From assembly GCA_946560065.1 (NCBI GenBank), contig CAMNUE010000001.1, positions 62,805-126,804 of the forward strand: 64,000 bases of DNA, read 5' to 3'. A model generated the notes under the pieces. The model worked only from the letters and a program-made list of their open reading frames with translations. It had not been told where the DNA came from and did not search any database. Below, in pieces: positions 51,660 to 62,043 of the stretch (positions are counted from its first letter, which is position 1; each line of letters opens with the position of its first letter). The translations under genes were made by a program, and so were the position numbers. This DNA comes from an uncultured bacterium. GTDB lineage: Bacteria; Bacillota_I; Bacilli_A; RF39; UBA660.

Positions 51660-52205
51660 ATGAAAAGAGTAGAAGATATAGAAAAAGAATATGAAGAATA
51701 TAAACTAAAAAGTAACTATGTAATATCAGCAGAAGACTTTGCTGCTTTTATTGAAATTGGTATTGATGAAATAGATGAACAGACAGCCGCTATTTTAAAT
51801 GAAATAAAAATTAATTGTAAAGATGAAAGAAATGCCAAAATAAGAAACTTATTCTTTGGACTTTTTCGAATTGAAGAGGAAGATTATTATGGAGAAGACA
51901 ATAAGATATTAGAAGAATTACTAGATTTTATTTCAAAATATAAAGAATATTATCGTAAATTAAGTAGCATAGTAACTAAAGAAAACTTTCAAGAATTAAC
52001 AAGATTAGTTGATTTTGCCTGCGAATATTACAATAAGCACATTGACTATTTTGAATATAAAAGAGATATTCTAGAATACTCCTATAAGGGTATTATGTAC
52101 TCTGAAAACAGAGTGAATCTCATTAAAGAATTTGACGAATTCTTTACTAAAAAAATAGCTCAGTATGAGTCAGGTAAAGAAGTAGTCAAAAATAAAAAAA
52201 TATGA
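51660..52205 (+). CDS. Hypothetical protein (181 aa)
   Basis: ORF with acidic, helical composition. No recognised domain. Confidence 0.5.
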   Translation: MKRVEDIEKEYEEYKLKSNYVISAEDFAAFIEIGIDEIDEQTAAILNEIKINCKDERNAKIRNLFFGLFRIEEEDYYGEDNKILEELLDFISKYKEYYRKLSSIVTKENFQELTRLVDFACEYYNKHIDYFEYKRDILEYSYKGIMYSENRVNLIKEFDEFFTKKIAQYESGKEVVKNKKI

Positions 52206-52240
52206 TAAAATAAAGATTGTTTATAGAGGTGGTGGTATCG

Positions 52241-53965
52241 ATGAATAATGATTTAGCAAATACTATTCGCAGTAAAGTAGATATAGTCGATATCATAGGA
52301 GAAAGAATCCCATTAACTGCCAGAGGTAAAAACTTTTTTGGAGTTTGTCCCTTTCATGATGACTCAAATCCTTCAATGAGTGTTTCACGTGAAAAACAAA
52401 TTTACACATGCTTCTCTTGTCATGCAACAGGAAATGTCTATACCTTTTTAATGAATTATGAACACATTGAATTTAGAGAAGCGCTGAAGTACCTAGGAGA
52501 AAGAGTAGGAATAGATACAGGTAATATTCATATAGCCAAGAAAGTAACAAAGTATGATAAATTATATGAAGCCTATAACTTCTCTTTAAAATACTTTCAA
52601 AATAATCTGAATAGTAATGTTGGAAAAATAGCTAAAGCATACCTATTAGATAGAAAAATAGATGATTCATTAATTAAAGAATTTGAAATAGGCTTATCTT
52701 TAGAAAGCAGAGATGACTTAACCAAATTACTTACAAATAAAGAATATGATTTAGTAACTCTAAATCGTATAGGATTATCAAGTGATAACCATGATATATA
52801 TAATGACAGAATAATGTTTCCTCTTTACGATGTCTCAGGAAAAGTAGTAGGTTTTAGTGGAAGAATTTATAAAGATAGTGGTCAAAATAAATATTTAAAT
52901 ACCAAAGAAACAGACATTTTCAAAAAAGGAGAATTATTATACCACTATCATATTGCTAAAGAAGAATGTCGAATAAAGAAATCTGTTATAGTTATGGAAG
53001 GCTTCATGGATGTTATCAGAGCTAGTTCAATTGGAATAAAAAACACTATAGCTCTTATGGGAACAGCCTTAACAAAAGAACAAATAAACCTTATAAAAAG
53101 ATTATCCAACAATATAATTCTTTGTCTAGATGGAGATGACCCTGGGCAGCATGCAACTTTAAATATTGGAAACATGCTTTTTGATTTAGGCATTGAAGTC
53201 AAGGTAGTTAAATTACCAAATCCGGATGACCCTGACAGTTTCATTCTAAAAAATGGTAAAGACAGATTTATTGGTTTAATAGATTCAGCAATTAATTTTT
53301 CAGATTACAAAATGCAAAGCCTTCGTGAAAATGTCGATTTCCGAAGTGACGAAGAAAAAGCCAACTATATCAATAGGGTAGTCGAAGAAACTTCCAAACT
53401 TGATGACCCAATTAGAAGAGAAGTAGTATTAAAAAGACTTGCAAAAGAATTCGATATAGGTTATAATACACTGGAAATGCGTATAAATAGTCTATTAAAG
53501 GACGAAAAGAAACATGAAGCGATATTTATACCTAAAAAAGTAGTAGAAAAGAAAGATAAGTATAGCAAAGCCTTTGAACAAATAATATACCTTATGCTCA
53601 ACAATGACTGGGTAATTACTCAAGTGGAGAGAGAACATCTAATCTTTCCAACTGAAGTGATGCGCCAAATTACCAGTGAAATAATTTATTATTATAAAAA
53701 GTATGGGAATATCAATGTTGCGGACTTTTATACTTATGTCCAAGAAAAAGAGAATATTCTAACATTTTTAAATAAAATCTTAGCTGGAAACTATATTGAG
53801 ACTACTAGTAAAGACGAGTTATTTCTATATTTCAAAGTTGTAAGAGAGTATAGCTTAACACAAGAAATAAAAAGACTCACAAATTTAATGAAGAAAGAAG
53901 TAGATCCATTAGAACAAGCTAAGATAGGTGAAAAGATTAGAAAGCTTAGGTTAGGAGATAGTTAG
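52241..53965 (+). CDS. dnaG: DNA primase
   Basis: Start at ATG 52241 (AGAGGTGGTGG RBS). Zinc finger CPFHDD..PSM.V......CFSCH. TOPRIM motifs MEGFMDV and LDGDDPG. Confidence 0.95.
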   Translation: MNNDLANTIRSKVDIVDIIGERIPLTARGKNFFGVCPFHDDSNPSMSVSREKQIYTCFSCHATGNVYTFLMNYEHIEFREALKYLGERVGIDTGNIHIAKKVTKYDKLYEAYNFSLKYFQNNLNSNVGKIAKAYLLDRKIDDSLIKEFEIGLSLESRDDLTKLLTNKEYDLVTLNRIGLSSDNHDIYNDRIMFPLYDVSGKVVGFSGRIYKDSGQNKYLNTKETDIFKKGELLYHYHIAKEECRIKKSVIVMEGFMDVIRASSIGIKNTIALMGTALTKEQINLIKRLSNNIILCLDGDDPGQHATLNIGNMLFDLGIEVKVVKLPNPDDPDSFILKNGKDRFIGLIDSAINFSDYKMQSLRENVDFRSDEEKANYINRVVEETSKLDDPIRREVVLKRLAKEFDIGYNTLEMRINSLLKDEKKHEAIFIPKKVVEKKDKYSKAFEQIIYLMLNNDWVITQVEREHLIFPTEVMRQITSEIIYYYKKYGNINVADFYTYVQEKENILTFLNKILAGNYIETTSKDELFLYFKVVREYSLTQEIKRLTNLMKKEVDPLEQAKIGEKIRKLRLGDS

Positions 53966-53966
53966 T

Positions 53967-55058
53967 ATGGTTGAAGAAATAAAAACTCTTGATGAAAGAA
54001 AAAACAAATTATTAACACTAGGAAAAAAACAAGGATATGTTACTTATGAACAATTAGCAGGAGAATTAAAGGGACTAGAAGTTGACAGTGATACACTTGA
54101 TGAATTATATAATTTTTTAGTTGAAAATGAAATAGATATTGTTTCAGAAGATGGTAGTGATGATGCAAGCGGTGAAGAAATCACACAAGATATGTCAGTT
54201 GAAAATTTAACATTATCAAAAGATGTAAAAATAAACGATCCGGTTAGAATGTATCTAAAAGAAATAGGACGTATCAACTTACTTACATCAGATGAAGAAT
54301 TTGAGTATGCTAAACGTGCTGAAGAAGGGGATGAAGAAGCTAAAAGACTTCTAGCAGAATCTAACCTTCGTTTAGTTGTTAGTATTGCTAAGCGTTATGT
54401 AGGCCGTGGAATGCTATTCCTAGATTTAATTCAAGAAGGAAACATTGGTTTAATGAAAGCAGTTGATAAGTTTGATCCAACAAAAGGTTATAAATTCTCA
54501 ACTTATGCAACATGGTGGATAAGACAAGCAATAACAAGAGCAATCGCTGATCAAGCAAGAACTATCCGTGTACCAGTTCACATGGTCGAAACAATCAATA
54601 AATTAGCAAGAGTTCAAAGACAATTAACTCAGGAATTAAATCGTGAGCCAACAGATGAAGAAATTGCTAAGAAATTAGGAATTACAGTAGAAAAAGTTCG
54701 TGAAGTTTACAAGATTAGTCAAGACCCTGTATCTTTAGAAACTCCAATTGGTGAAGAAGATGATTCTCACCTAGGAGATTTCATCAGAGATGAAAGAACA
54801 ATGGGACCAGAAGAATATGCAACAGTTGAAATGCTAAAAGAAGAATTACGTGGTGTTTTAGCAACTCTTACAGAACGTGAAGAAAAAGTTCTAAGACTAA
54901 GATTTGGTTTAGATGATGGACAATGTAGAACATTAGAAGAAGTAGGCCAAATCTTTGGCGTAACACGTGAAAGAATTCGTCAAATAGAAGCAAAAGCTCT
55001 TCGAAAATTGAGACATCCATCTAGATCTCGCAAATTGAAAGATTTCCTAACAGACTAA
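53967..55058 (+). CDS. rpoD: RNA polymerase primary sigma factor
   Basis: Region 2 [33 protein letters not shown]. Region 4 [28 protein letters not shown]. Confidence 0.95.
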   Translation: MVEEIKTLDERKNKLLTLGKKQGYVTYEQLAGELKGLEVDSDTLDELYNFLVENEIDIVSEDGSDDASGEEITQDMSVENLTLSKDVKINDPVRMYLKEIGRINLLTSDEEFEYAKRAEEGDEEAKRLLAESNLRLVVSIAKRYVGRGMLFLDLIQEGNIGLMKAVDKFDPTKGYKFSTYATWWIRQAITRAIADQARTIRVPVHMVETINKLARVQRQLTQELNREPTDEEIAKKLGITVEKVREVYKISQDPVSLETPIGEEDDSHLGDFIRDERTMGPEEYATVEMLKEELRGVLATLTEREEKVLRLRFGLDDGQCRTLEEVGQIFGVTRERIRQIEAKALRKLRHPSRSRKLKDFLTD

Positions 55059-55726
55059 TGAAAATAAATGCAAGATTAAAGAAGATAGGGGATTTAGTGG
55101 AAGCTAATTCCTCTTGTTTAGATGTTGGGTGTGATCATGCCTTATTAGATATCTATTTAGTAAGACAAAATAAAAATATAAGAGCAGTTGCTAGTGATAT
55201 TGCTGAAGGACCAGTAGAACAAGCAAAAAGAAATATTAAACGTGAAAGATTAGAAGAAGAGATAGATGTAAGAATCGGTGAAGGGCTTTCAACCTATACA
55301 AAAGATATTAACACGGTAATAATTTCTGGAATGGGTGGAAGAAGTACCGTTGCAATTTGTAAAAACAATATGAAAATATTTAGAAAAATCGATACCTACA
55401 TCATCAGTCCTAATAATTACCAAGAAGAAGTAAAAAGATTTTTTACAAAAAATGGTTACTATATTGCTAATGAAGAATTTGTAAGAGATAAAAGATTTAT
55501 CTATCAAATAATTATCTTTAAAAAAGGGAAGAAGAAATATACAAAGAAAGAATACTTCTTTGGACCAGTATTTTTAATGAAAAAGGGTCCTTTATTCAGA
55601 GAATACTACGAAAAAGAAATGAAATCACGTGAAATATTAATTTCACTACTACCAAATAGCTTTCGCTATAAAAAATATAAAACTAAAAAAGAAATTAAAA
55701 TGATTAAAAATGAAATAGAAGACTAG
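55058..55726 (+). CDS. trmK: tRNA (adenine(22)-N(1))-methyltransferase
   Basis: RL..I..LV......LDVGCDHA.L..YLV pattern. Conserved position after rpoD, as in Bacillus. Confidence 0.8.
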   Translation: MKINARLKKIGDLVEANSSCLDVGCDHALLDIYLVRQNKNIRAVASDIAEGPVEQAKRNIKRERLEEEIDVRIGEGLSTYTKDINTVIISGMGGRSTVAICKNNMKIFRKIDTYIISPNNYQEEVKRFFTKNGYYIANEEFVRDKRFIYQIIIFKKGKKKYTKKEYFFGPVFLMKKGPLFREYYEKEMKSREILISLLPNSFRYKKYKTKKEIKMIKNEIED

Positions 55727-55775
55727 TAATTAGTCTTTTTTTGTTTTATAATTAAATTATTTAGAGGTGTAAATA

Positions 55776-57146
55776 ATGAAAAGATTGTATATATCTATCC
55801 TAATTATTGTTACAATATTTTTATCTACATATAACGTAAATGCTAAGGATACATTATATTCTATAAATAAATACAAAGAAGAAAACCTTGATTTTATTGA
55901 ACAAAGCTACAATAAAAAGGGAAAAGAAGATGGCTATGTAGTAGCAGGAGAATTTTTAAAAGATGAGATAGCTGAATCTCCTGAAGAAAAAAAAGAATAT
56001 CATCCTATTCTAATAAAATACGATAAAGAGGGAAAGAAAATCTGGGAATTTTCCTCAAAAGAAATTCTTGAAAATAATATTGATTACTTAACATATTCTT
56101 ATGATGAAACTGGAAATATTAATGGCTATTTAATTATTACTAACAAAAAAATTATAGAGACAAACGAAGAAAGTGGTGAAGAAACCACAAGAAATGTCAG
56201 CTTATTCACAAATGTAAATCTAGATGGTAAACAAACTTGGGAAAAAGAAATATCTATAGAAAACTATTCTAGTATCAACAAAATACTCGCATGTTACAAT
56301 GATAGTTCTAGTTTCGATGGATATATCCTAATCGCAACTCTTCAAACCAATCAAAATAAAAGCGCAACACTAATTCGTCTAGATAAAGAATTAAATATTA
56401 GTTGGCAAAAAGATCAAATTACTGAAGAAGGAAAAGATACTCTCTATCAAGATATAACTAATATCTGGGAAGAAAATAAAATAATTGGTTATGCTGCAAT
56501 AGAAACAGTAACTCAAAATTCTAAACCAGTAAGTAAATTAGTAAGATTTGATAAAGAAGGAAACAAAGAAGTTATATTAGAATCATTAGAAGAGTACTAT
56601 TCATGTAATTTATCTGAAGCAAACAATGGTTTTATTCTTTATGGATTAACTTCAAATGTTAAAGTAAATGCTGGCAAATATAGTTACTATCTAGTTAATT
56701 ATGATTCTGCAAACAACGAAGTTTGGGAATCAATTGGAGACATAGGAATATCAAACAAAGAAAAAATAAAACTTCTTCCAATCAGAGAAAAAGATAATAT
56801 AACTAAATATCTATTTTTATATCAAAATTCTAAAGATCTAAGTAAGGAAGTAATAGAACTAGATTTAGACGGACTATTAAAAAAGAAAATAAAAAAGATA
56901 AGTAATGACTACTATCATATTAATGAATTCACTTCAAATGGAGAAATTTTATACTTCGTTGGCTACATAACTTGTCCAGAAGAAGATAACTGTAATTATG
57001 ATACTCATTCTTTATTTCTTATAAGTGACGAAGACAAAGTTATTGAAGTAGAACCAAAAACTGCCAATGGAATTTCGATGGTTACTCTTGGTATCGTTTG
57101 TCTAATAATTCTAATAGTATTTATCAAAAAGAAAAAGAGAGATTAA
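55776..57146 (+). CDS. Secreted protein with C-terminal membrane anchor (456 aa), unknown function
   Basis: N-terminal signal peptide and C-terminal TM helix plus KKKKRD. Repetitive beta-rich composition. Confidence 0.55.
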   Translation: MKRLYISILIIVTIFLSTYNVNAKDTLYSINKYKEENLDFIEQSYNKKGKEDGYVVAGEFLKDEIAESPEEKKEYHPILIKYDKEGKKIWEFSSKEILENNIDYLTYSYDETGNINGYLIITNKKIIETNEESGEETTRNVSLFTNVNLDGKQTWEKEISIENYSSINKILACYNDSSSFDGYILIATLQTNQNKSATLIRLDKELNISWQKDQITEEGKDTLYQDITNIWEENKIIGYAAIETVTQNSKPVSKLVRFDKEGNKEVILESLEEYYSCNLSEANNGFILYGLTSNVKVNAGKYSYYLVNYDSANNEVWESIGDIGISNKEKIKLLPIREKDNITKYLFLYQNSKDLSKEVIELDLDGLLKKKIKKISNDYYHINEFTSNGEILYFVGYITCPEEDNCNYDTHSLFLISDEDKVIEVEPKTANGISMVTLGIVCLIILIVFIKKKKRD

Positions 57147-57502
57147 TCTCTTTTTTTACTTATACCAACCATACTTCCAAGAATTGCTGTCACTAATATA
57201 ATGAAATAGTAAATAAATATTCTAATATTAAATTTTGAAAAAATAATTGTTGGTACCAAAAAAAGTATAATGACTATTCCACCAAATTTAGTTCCTTCAA
57301 TATAACCTTTTTTGTTAGTTGATTTTCCTAATAAAAAACTATTAATAAAAATATTTATTATGACTGTTAAAAGTTCTAAAAAATTAAATACTCCGTCTCC
57401 AATTAAATTAAAATAATAAAAAGTAGTTAATAATATAGAAACCCCAACAATCCCTACCAAAGAATATCCAATTCTTATTCCATATCTAGTTAAGTAAGTC
57501 AT
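57143..57502 (-). CDS. Small integral membrane protein
   Basis: Start moved to ATG 57502 (GAGGTGGAAC RBS). Four TM helices. Confidence 0.55.
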   Translation of the reverse strand: MTYLTRYGIRIGYSLVGIVGVSILLTTFYYFNLIGDGVFNFLELLTVIINIFINSFLLGKSTNKKGYIEGTKFGGIVIILFLVPTIIFSKFNIRIFIYYFIILVTAILGSMVGISKKRD

Positions 57503-57574
57503 GTTCCACCTCAATAAATAATATGTTATGTATAAAAAAATATTCATCAGTTCATTATATTATTAGGTGATTAT

Positions 57575-58219
57575 ATGAAATATTTTACAGTTTTTTATCG
57601 AAGTGTTTTCTTTTATTTATTAATAACTTTTCTTTACCGAATAATGGGTAAAAGAGAAATGGGAGAACTGACTATCATGGATTTTATAGTCTCTATTTTT
57701 ATTGCTGAAATGGTGGCAATTTCTATAGAAAATTATAAAAGTGACATATTACTCTCAATCATTCCAATTGTATCTTTAGTAGCGCTCCAAATAGGCTTTT
57801 CTATTGTTTCACTAAAAAATCAAAAAGCTAGAAATGTTGTTGACGGAGAACCATCTGTAATAATCAATAGAGGTAAGATTAATTTCAAAGAAATGTTAAA
57901 ACAAAGATACAATCTGGATGACTTACTAACTCAACTACGAGGACAATCCATTAAATCTATTGAAGAAGTAGATTATGCTATTTTAGAAACCAGTGGAAAA
58001 CTATCAATCTTTAAAAAATCTGACGATAAAAAGTCAACATATCCACTAGCACTAATACTAGATGGTGTACTAAACGAAGATGTTTTACTACAAATTAGAA
58101 AAACAAAAATTTGGCTTAATAAAGAATTAGAAAAAGAAAAAATAAGTCTAGATAATATCTTCTATGCCTTTTACAAGAATAACAAACTTTATATAATTGA
58201 AAAAAATAAGATAAAATGA
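57575..58219 (+). CDS. DUF421 (YetF-like) membrane protein
   Basis: R.MGKREMGELT..DF.V.I pattern at the N-terminus. Confidence 0.7.
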   Translation: MKYFTVFYRSVFFYLLITFLYRIMGKREMGELTIMDFIVSIFIAEMVAISIENYKSDILLSIIPIVSLVALQIGFSIVSLKNQKARNVVDGEPSVIINRGKINFKEMLKQRYNLDDLLTQLRGQSIKSIEEVDYAILETSGKLSIFKKSDDKKSTYPLALILDGVLNEDVLLQIRKTKIWLNKELEKEKISLDNIFYAFYKNNKLYIIEKNKIK

Positions 58220-58264
58220 CATTTTTTTAGCTATCACATCACTAAAATATAATAAGGTGATAAT

Positions 58265-59419
58265 ATGAAAAAAATAATAGTTCTTCTAATAACTCTAGGA
58301 ATATTTTTCTCTAATATTGATTTTTCAGAAGCCAAGAAAACTACTACTGAAGAAACACGTGCCATATTCGTAAGTTACATGGAATTAAATAAATATGTAA
58401 AAAATGAAAATCAAGAAATAAGTAAGAAAAATATTAATAAAATAATCAGTAATATAAAAAAAATGAACTTCAATACAATAATTCTTCAAGTTAGATCTGC
58501 CTCAGATGCTATTTATAAATCAAAACTTTTTCCAACAAGTGCCTATATTGCAAGTAAAGAAGGAGAAGACTACTATGACGTATTAGATTACTTCCTAAGA
58601 CAAAGTCATAAAAATAATATTAAATTATTTGCTTGGATAAATCCTTATCGCATTAGAACAACTGAAGATGTAGAATCTATTACTGACAAAAATCCGGCCT
58701 ATAAATATCTCGAGACAGACACTGTTTACATAAATAATGGTATTTACTATAATCCATCAAAAGAAGAAGTTCAAGCATTAATAGTAAAAGGAGTAAAAGA
58801 AGTTTTAAACTACAAAGTTGACGCCATTCTTTTTGATGATTATTTTTATCCAGCAGATGAAATAGATGAAAAGGATTACCAAGATTATCTCAGTGAACAT
58901 GAATATATCGATAGTAAAAGTTATCGTCTAAATCAAGTCAATAAAATGATAGAGAAAGTTCATTTAGAATGCAAAAAGAAAAAAATACCATTTGGAGTAT
59001 CACCGGATGGAAACATTGATAATAATTATAATAAAAATTATGCTGATGTTAAACTATGGATGAAATCAAATAAATATATAGACTTCATTATGCCACAAGT
59101 ATATTATGGTTTTTACAATAGCAGTAGAGCATACATCGATGTAATAGAAGAATGGGAATCACTTCTAATAAATAAAAAAATAGATTTATACATTGCACTA
59201 GCTTTTTATAAAGTAGGGACAGAAGATAAATATGCTAAAGATGGAATGTATGAATGGCTAAACAATAATGATATTATTATGCGTGAGATTATTCTCTCAA
59301 GAAATCTAAAAAATTATAAAGGATTTGCTTTATTTAGATATGACAATATTTTTGATGTCAGTAATTATACCTCAAACAGTTTAAAGGAAATAGAAAATAT
59401 GAAGAAAATATTAAAATAG
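58265..59419 (+). CDS. Glycoside hydrolase-like 10 (DUF187/YngK-like) lipoprotein
   Basis: Signal peptide. RAIFVSY..., QVR..SDA.Y.S.L.P and DDYFYP motifs recalled from the family. Confidence 0.6.
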   Translation: MKKIIVLLITLGIFFSNIDFSEAKKTTTEETRAIFVSYMELNKYVKNENQEISKKNINKIISNIKKMNFNTIILQVRSASDAIYKSKLFPTSAYIASKEGEDYYDVLDYFLRQSHKNNIKLFAWINPYRIRTTEDVESITDKNPAYKYLETDTVYINNGIYYNPSKEEVQALIVKGVKEVLNYKVDAILFDDYFYPADEIDEKDYQDYLSEHEYIDSKSYRLNQVNKMIEKVHLECKKKKIPFGVSPDGNIDNNYNKNYADVKLWMKSNKYIDFIMPQVYYGFYNSSRAYIDVIEEWESLLINKKIDLYIALAFYKVGTEDKYAKDGMYEWLNNNDIIMREIILSRNLKNYKGFALFRYDNIFDVSNYTSNSLKEIENMKKILK

Positions 59420-59472
59420 TTTTAATATTTTTTTAAATTTGGTATAATCAATTAGAAAGTAGGTGCTTTAAA

Positions 59473-60042
59473 ATGAATAGAAAAGGTTTCACATTAGTTG
59501 AATTACTTGCTATGCTTGTAGTTTTAGGAGTACTAATGGCTGTAACGATTCCAAATATTAGTGGTATTTTAAATCAATCAAAAAATAATATCATCAAAGA
59601 TGATGTTGCTAAACTAGTTGATACTGCTAAGATGAGAATTAGCAGTGTTGAAGAAATTAAAAAACCTAAAAATGGCCAATGCCTAGTCTTTACTTTAAAT
59701 TTCTTAAACACAAATGATGACTTTGAAAAAGGACCAAATGGAGGAGAATATGACATCAATAATTCCTTTGTCATAGTTAAAAGAGAAGGCCAAAAATATG
59801 AATATTATGTTACACTTCTTGAAAAAACTAAAGGTAAACTTTATGGAGTCGAAAATATTAAGTTTGCTGATTTCGAAAAAAATGAGGCATCATGTTCTGG
59901 TAAGTCATGTATAAAAATAATTACTAATACTGGTAACAATTCTAATTTAGCTTCGGGAGCAACAAAAGACCAAGCAATTACAAATAAAAATATATCTGTC
60001 AGATGTACAAGTACCAGTAACATAATTGGTTTTTATAACTAG
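59473..60042 (+). CDS. Prepilin-type N-terminal cleavage/methylation domain protein (189 aa)
   Basis: MNRKG/FTLVELLAMLVVLGVLMAV class III signal. Confidence 0.8.
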   Translation: MNRKGFTLVELLAMLVVLGVLMAVTIPNISGILNQSKNNIIKDDVAKLVDTAKMRISSVEEIKKPKNGQCLVFTLNFLNTNDDFEKGPNGGEYDINNSFVIVKREGQKYEYYVTLLEKTKGKLYGVENIKFADFEKNEASCSGKSCIKIITNTGNNSNLASGATKDQAITNKNISVRCTSTSNIIGFYN

Positions 60043-60143
60043 ATGTAAATTGTTGTCAATTTATAAAAAACTATTGTAAATAAATTTTAGATATGTTAAA
60101 CTAAAATGGAAGATAAATAATGAGAAAGAGAGTGAACATTAAG

Positions 60144-60740
60144 ATGAAAAAAATTAATATTAATGAAAAAGGTTTTACTTTAATCGAGTTACTTGCCGTT
60201 ATTACAATTATGGGAATTTTGATGATGGTTGCAATACCAGCAGTTACTAGAATAATTGAAAATTCAAGAAGAGACTCATTTGTAAATATATCAAAAGAGT
60301 ATATCAATACTGTTAGAAATGCTGTGTTGGCAGATAACATAAAATGTATCTTAGACCCTACACATGCAGATAATCTGACAATAGTATCAGCTGTACCAGA
60401 TGGTACATACTACTTTAGTATTGATACAGAAAATCAAGCAACAAAAGATTTAATGGAATCAGGAGGAAAATCTCCTTTCGGTAATGCCGAAATGAAGGGC
60501 TATATAAAATGGCAAAAAAAGACTGAGAATAGAGCCAGTGGTGAAACAGTAACAAAAACAAATTATAGTATTCTTATGACAGATACGGGAAATCATGGTA
60601 TACAAACAGAAACATCAGAAACAAATCTTGCAAGAAGCAAGGTTGAAATGAAAACTACTGCAACCCCTCCTACACAACCACCTGCCGAAACAGTAGAAGG
60701 AGTGGGGCCAGTCACTCCAAAGCAATGTGTATTAGCATAA
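60144..60740 (+). CDS. Prepilin-type N-terminal cleavage/methylation domain protein (198 aa)
   Basis: MKKININEKG/FTLIELLAVITIMGILMMVAIP. The alternative upstream ATG at 60120 is in frame. Confidence 0.8.
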   Translation: MKKININEKGFTLIELLAVITIMGILMMVAIPAVTRIIENSRRDSFVNISKEYINTVRNAVLADNIKCILDPTHADNLTIVSAVPDGTYYFSIDTENQATKDLMESGGKSPFGNAEMKGYIKWQKKTENRASGETVTKTNYSILMTDTGNHGIQTETSETNLARSKVEMKTTATPPTQPPAETVEGVGPVTPKQCVLA

Positions 60741-60817
60741 TTAGAAAATAAAGGACTTAGTTTTAAGCCTTTTTCTTTTGTCCTAATTCTGTTATACTAA
60801 AAAAGGAGGTAAAAAAT

Positions 60818-61705
60818 ATGTTAATAATCGGAAGTCACGTTGGTTTTAATAAAAAAACACAACTTTTAGGAAGTCTTAAAGAGGCCTTATCCTATGGAGC
60901 AAACACCTTTATGTTTTATACAGGAGCACCACAAAATACTGCAAGAAGTCCAATTGAAGATGGTTTAACCCTAGAAGCTTTAAGTTTAATGAAAGAAAAT
61001 AATATTGACTATTCCAAAGTAATAGTTCATGCACCATACATTATAAATCTATGTAATGAAGAAAAATTTGAATTTTCTGTTAACTTCTTAACTGAAGAAC
61101 TAAATAGATGTAACCAATTAGGAGTAAAATATTTAGTACTTCATCCAGGAAGTCATGTTGGATTAGGAACTGAAAAAGGAATAGAAAATATAGCTAAAGG
61201 ATTAAATATGGTCCTAACAAATGTAAAAGACACAAACAATGTCATTATCCTTTTAGAAACAATGGCCGGAAAAGGAACAGAAATCGGTTCTAAACTAGAA
61301 GAAATAAAAACAATAATCGAGAAAATTGAAGATAAAGATCACATAGGAGTTTGTCTTGATACCTGCCATTTAAGTGATGGAGGATATGATATCATTAAGT
61401 TTGATAATTTCTTAGATAATTTTGATGAGATGATTGGTCTTAATAAAATAGGTTGCATCCACATAAATGATTCTAAAAATATAAAAGAATCACATAAAGA
61501 TAGACATGAGAATTTTGGCTTTGGTAATATCGGATTTGATCCTTTAATAAACATAATTTATAATTCGCGTTTAGAAAATATTCCCAAGATATTAGAAACA
61601 CCATATGTTGATAAGGAATATGCCCCTTACAAATATGAAATAGAAATGATTAAGAATAAAAAATTTGACCCTAATTTAATAGAAAAGATAAAGAAGCAAA
61701 ACTGA
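60818..61705 (+). CDS. nfo: Deoxyribonuclease IV (endonuclease IV)
   Basis: IGSHV.., HAPYIINL, LHPGSH, CLDTCH and HINDSK metal-ligand motifs. Confidence 0.9.
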   Translation: MLIIGSHVGFNKKTQLLGSLKEALSYGANTFMFYTGAPQNTARSPIEDGLTLEALSLMKENNIDYSKVIVHAPYIINLCNEEKFEFSVNFLTEELNRCNQLGVKYLVLHPGSHVGLGTEKGIENIAKGLNMVLTNVKDTNNVIILLETMAGKGTEIGSKLEEIKTIIEKIEDKDHIGVCLDTCHLSDGGYDIIKFDNFLDNFDEMIGLNKIGCIHINDSKNIKESHKDRHENFGFGNIGFDPLINIIYNSRLENIPKILETPYVDKEYAPYKYEIEMIKNKKFDPNLIEKIKKQN

Positions 61706-61716
61706 TGCTTCTTTTA

Positions 61717-61977
61717 CTATAAATATTTTTGTTTATATTCAACATATAAATTAAGTAATTTCTTATAAAGTTCTGGACTAATCTTATCCCTAATTTTTAA
61801 AAAGACATTAATATTTTCATCCAATAATTCATTATAATTATTTAGAATAAAATTATAAACAACAATAAGTTCATCCTTTGTATAATTGATATTATTCATT
61901 CTAGCAAATTTTTCTAAATCTCTAATTGATAATTTATTAATATATTTCTTTACTAATTCTTTATAAATAAAAATCAC
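61717..61977 (-). CDS. DUF2624-like small protein
   Basis: 86 aa. Pattern ..IRDLEKFA....I.YTKDEL... Conserved neighbour of nfo in Bacilli as I recall. Confidence 0.5.
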   Translation of the reverse strand: MIFIYKELVKKYINKLSIRDLEKFARMNNINYTKDELIVVYNFILNNYNELLDENINVFLKIRDKISPELYKKLLNLYVEYKQKYL

Positions 61978-62043
61978 CTCTTAAAAAAATATATGAATTA
62001 TCTTTCAATTTATGTGATAAACTAATATTAGGTGAACAAATAA

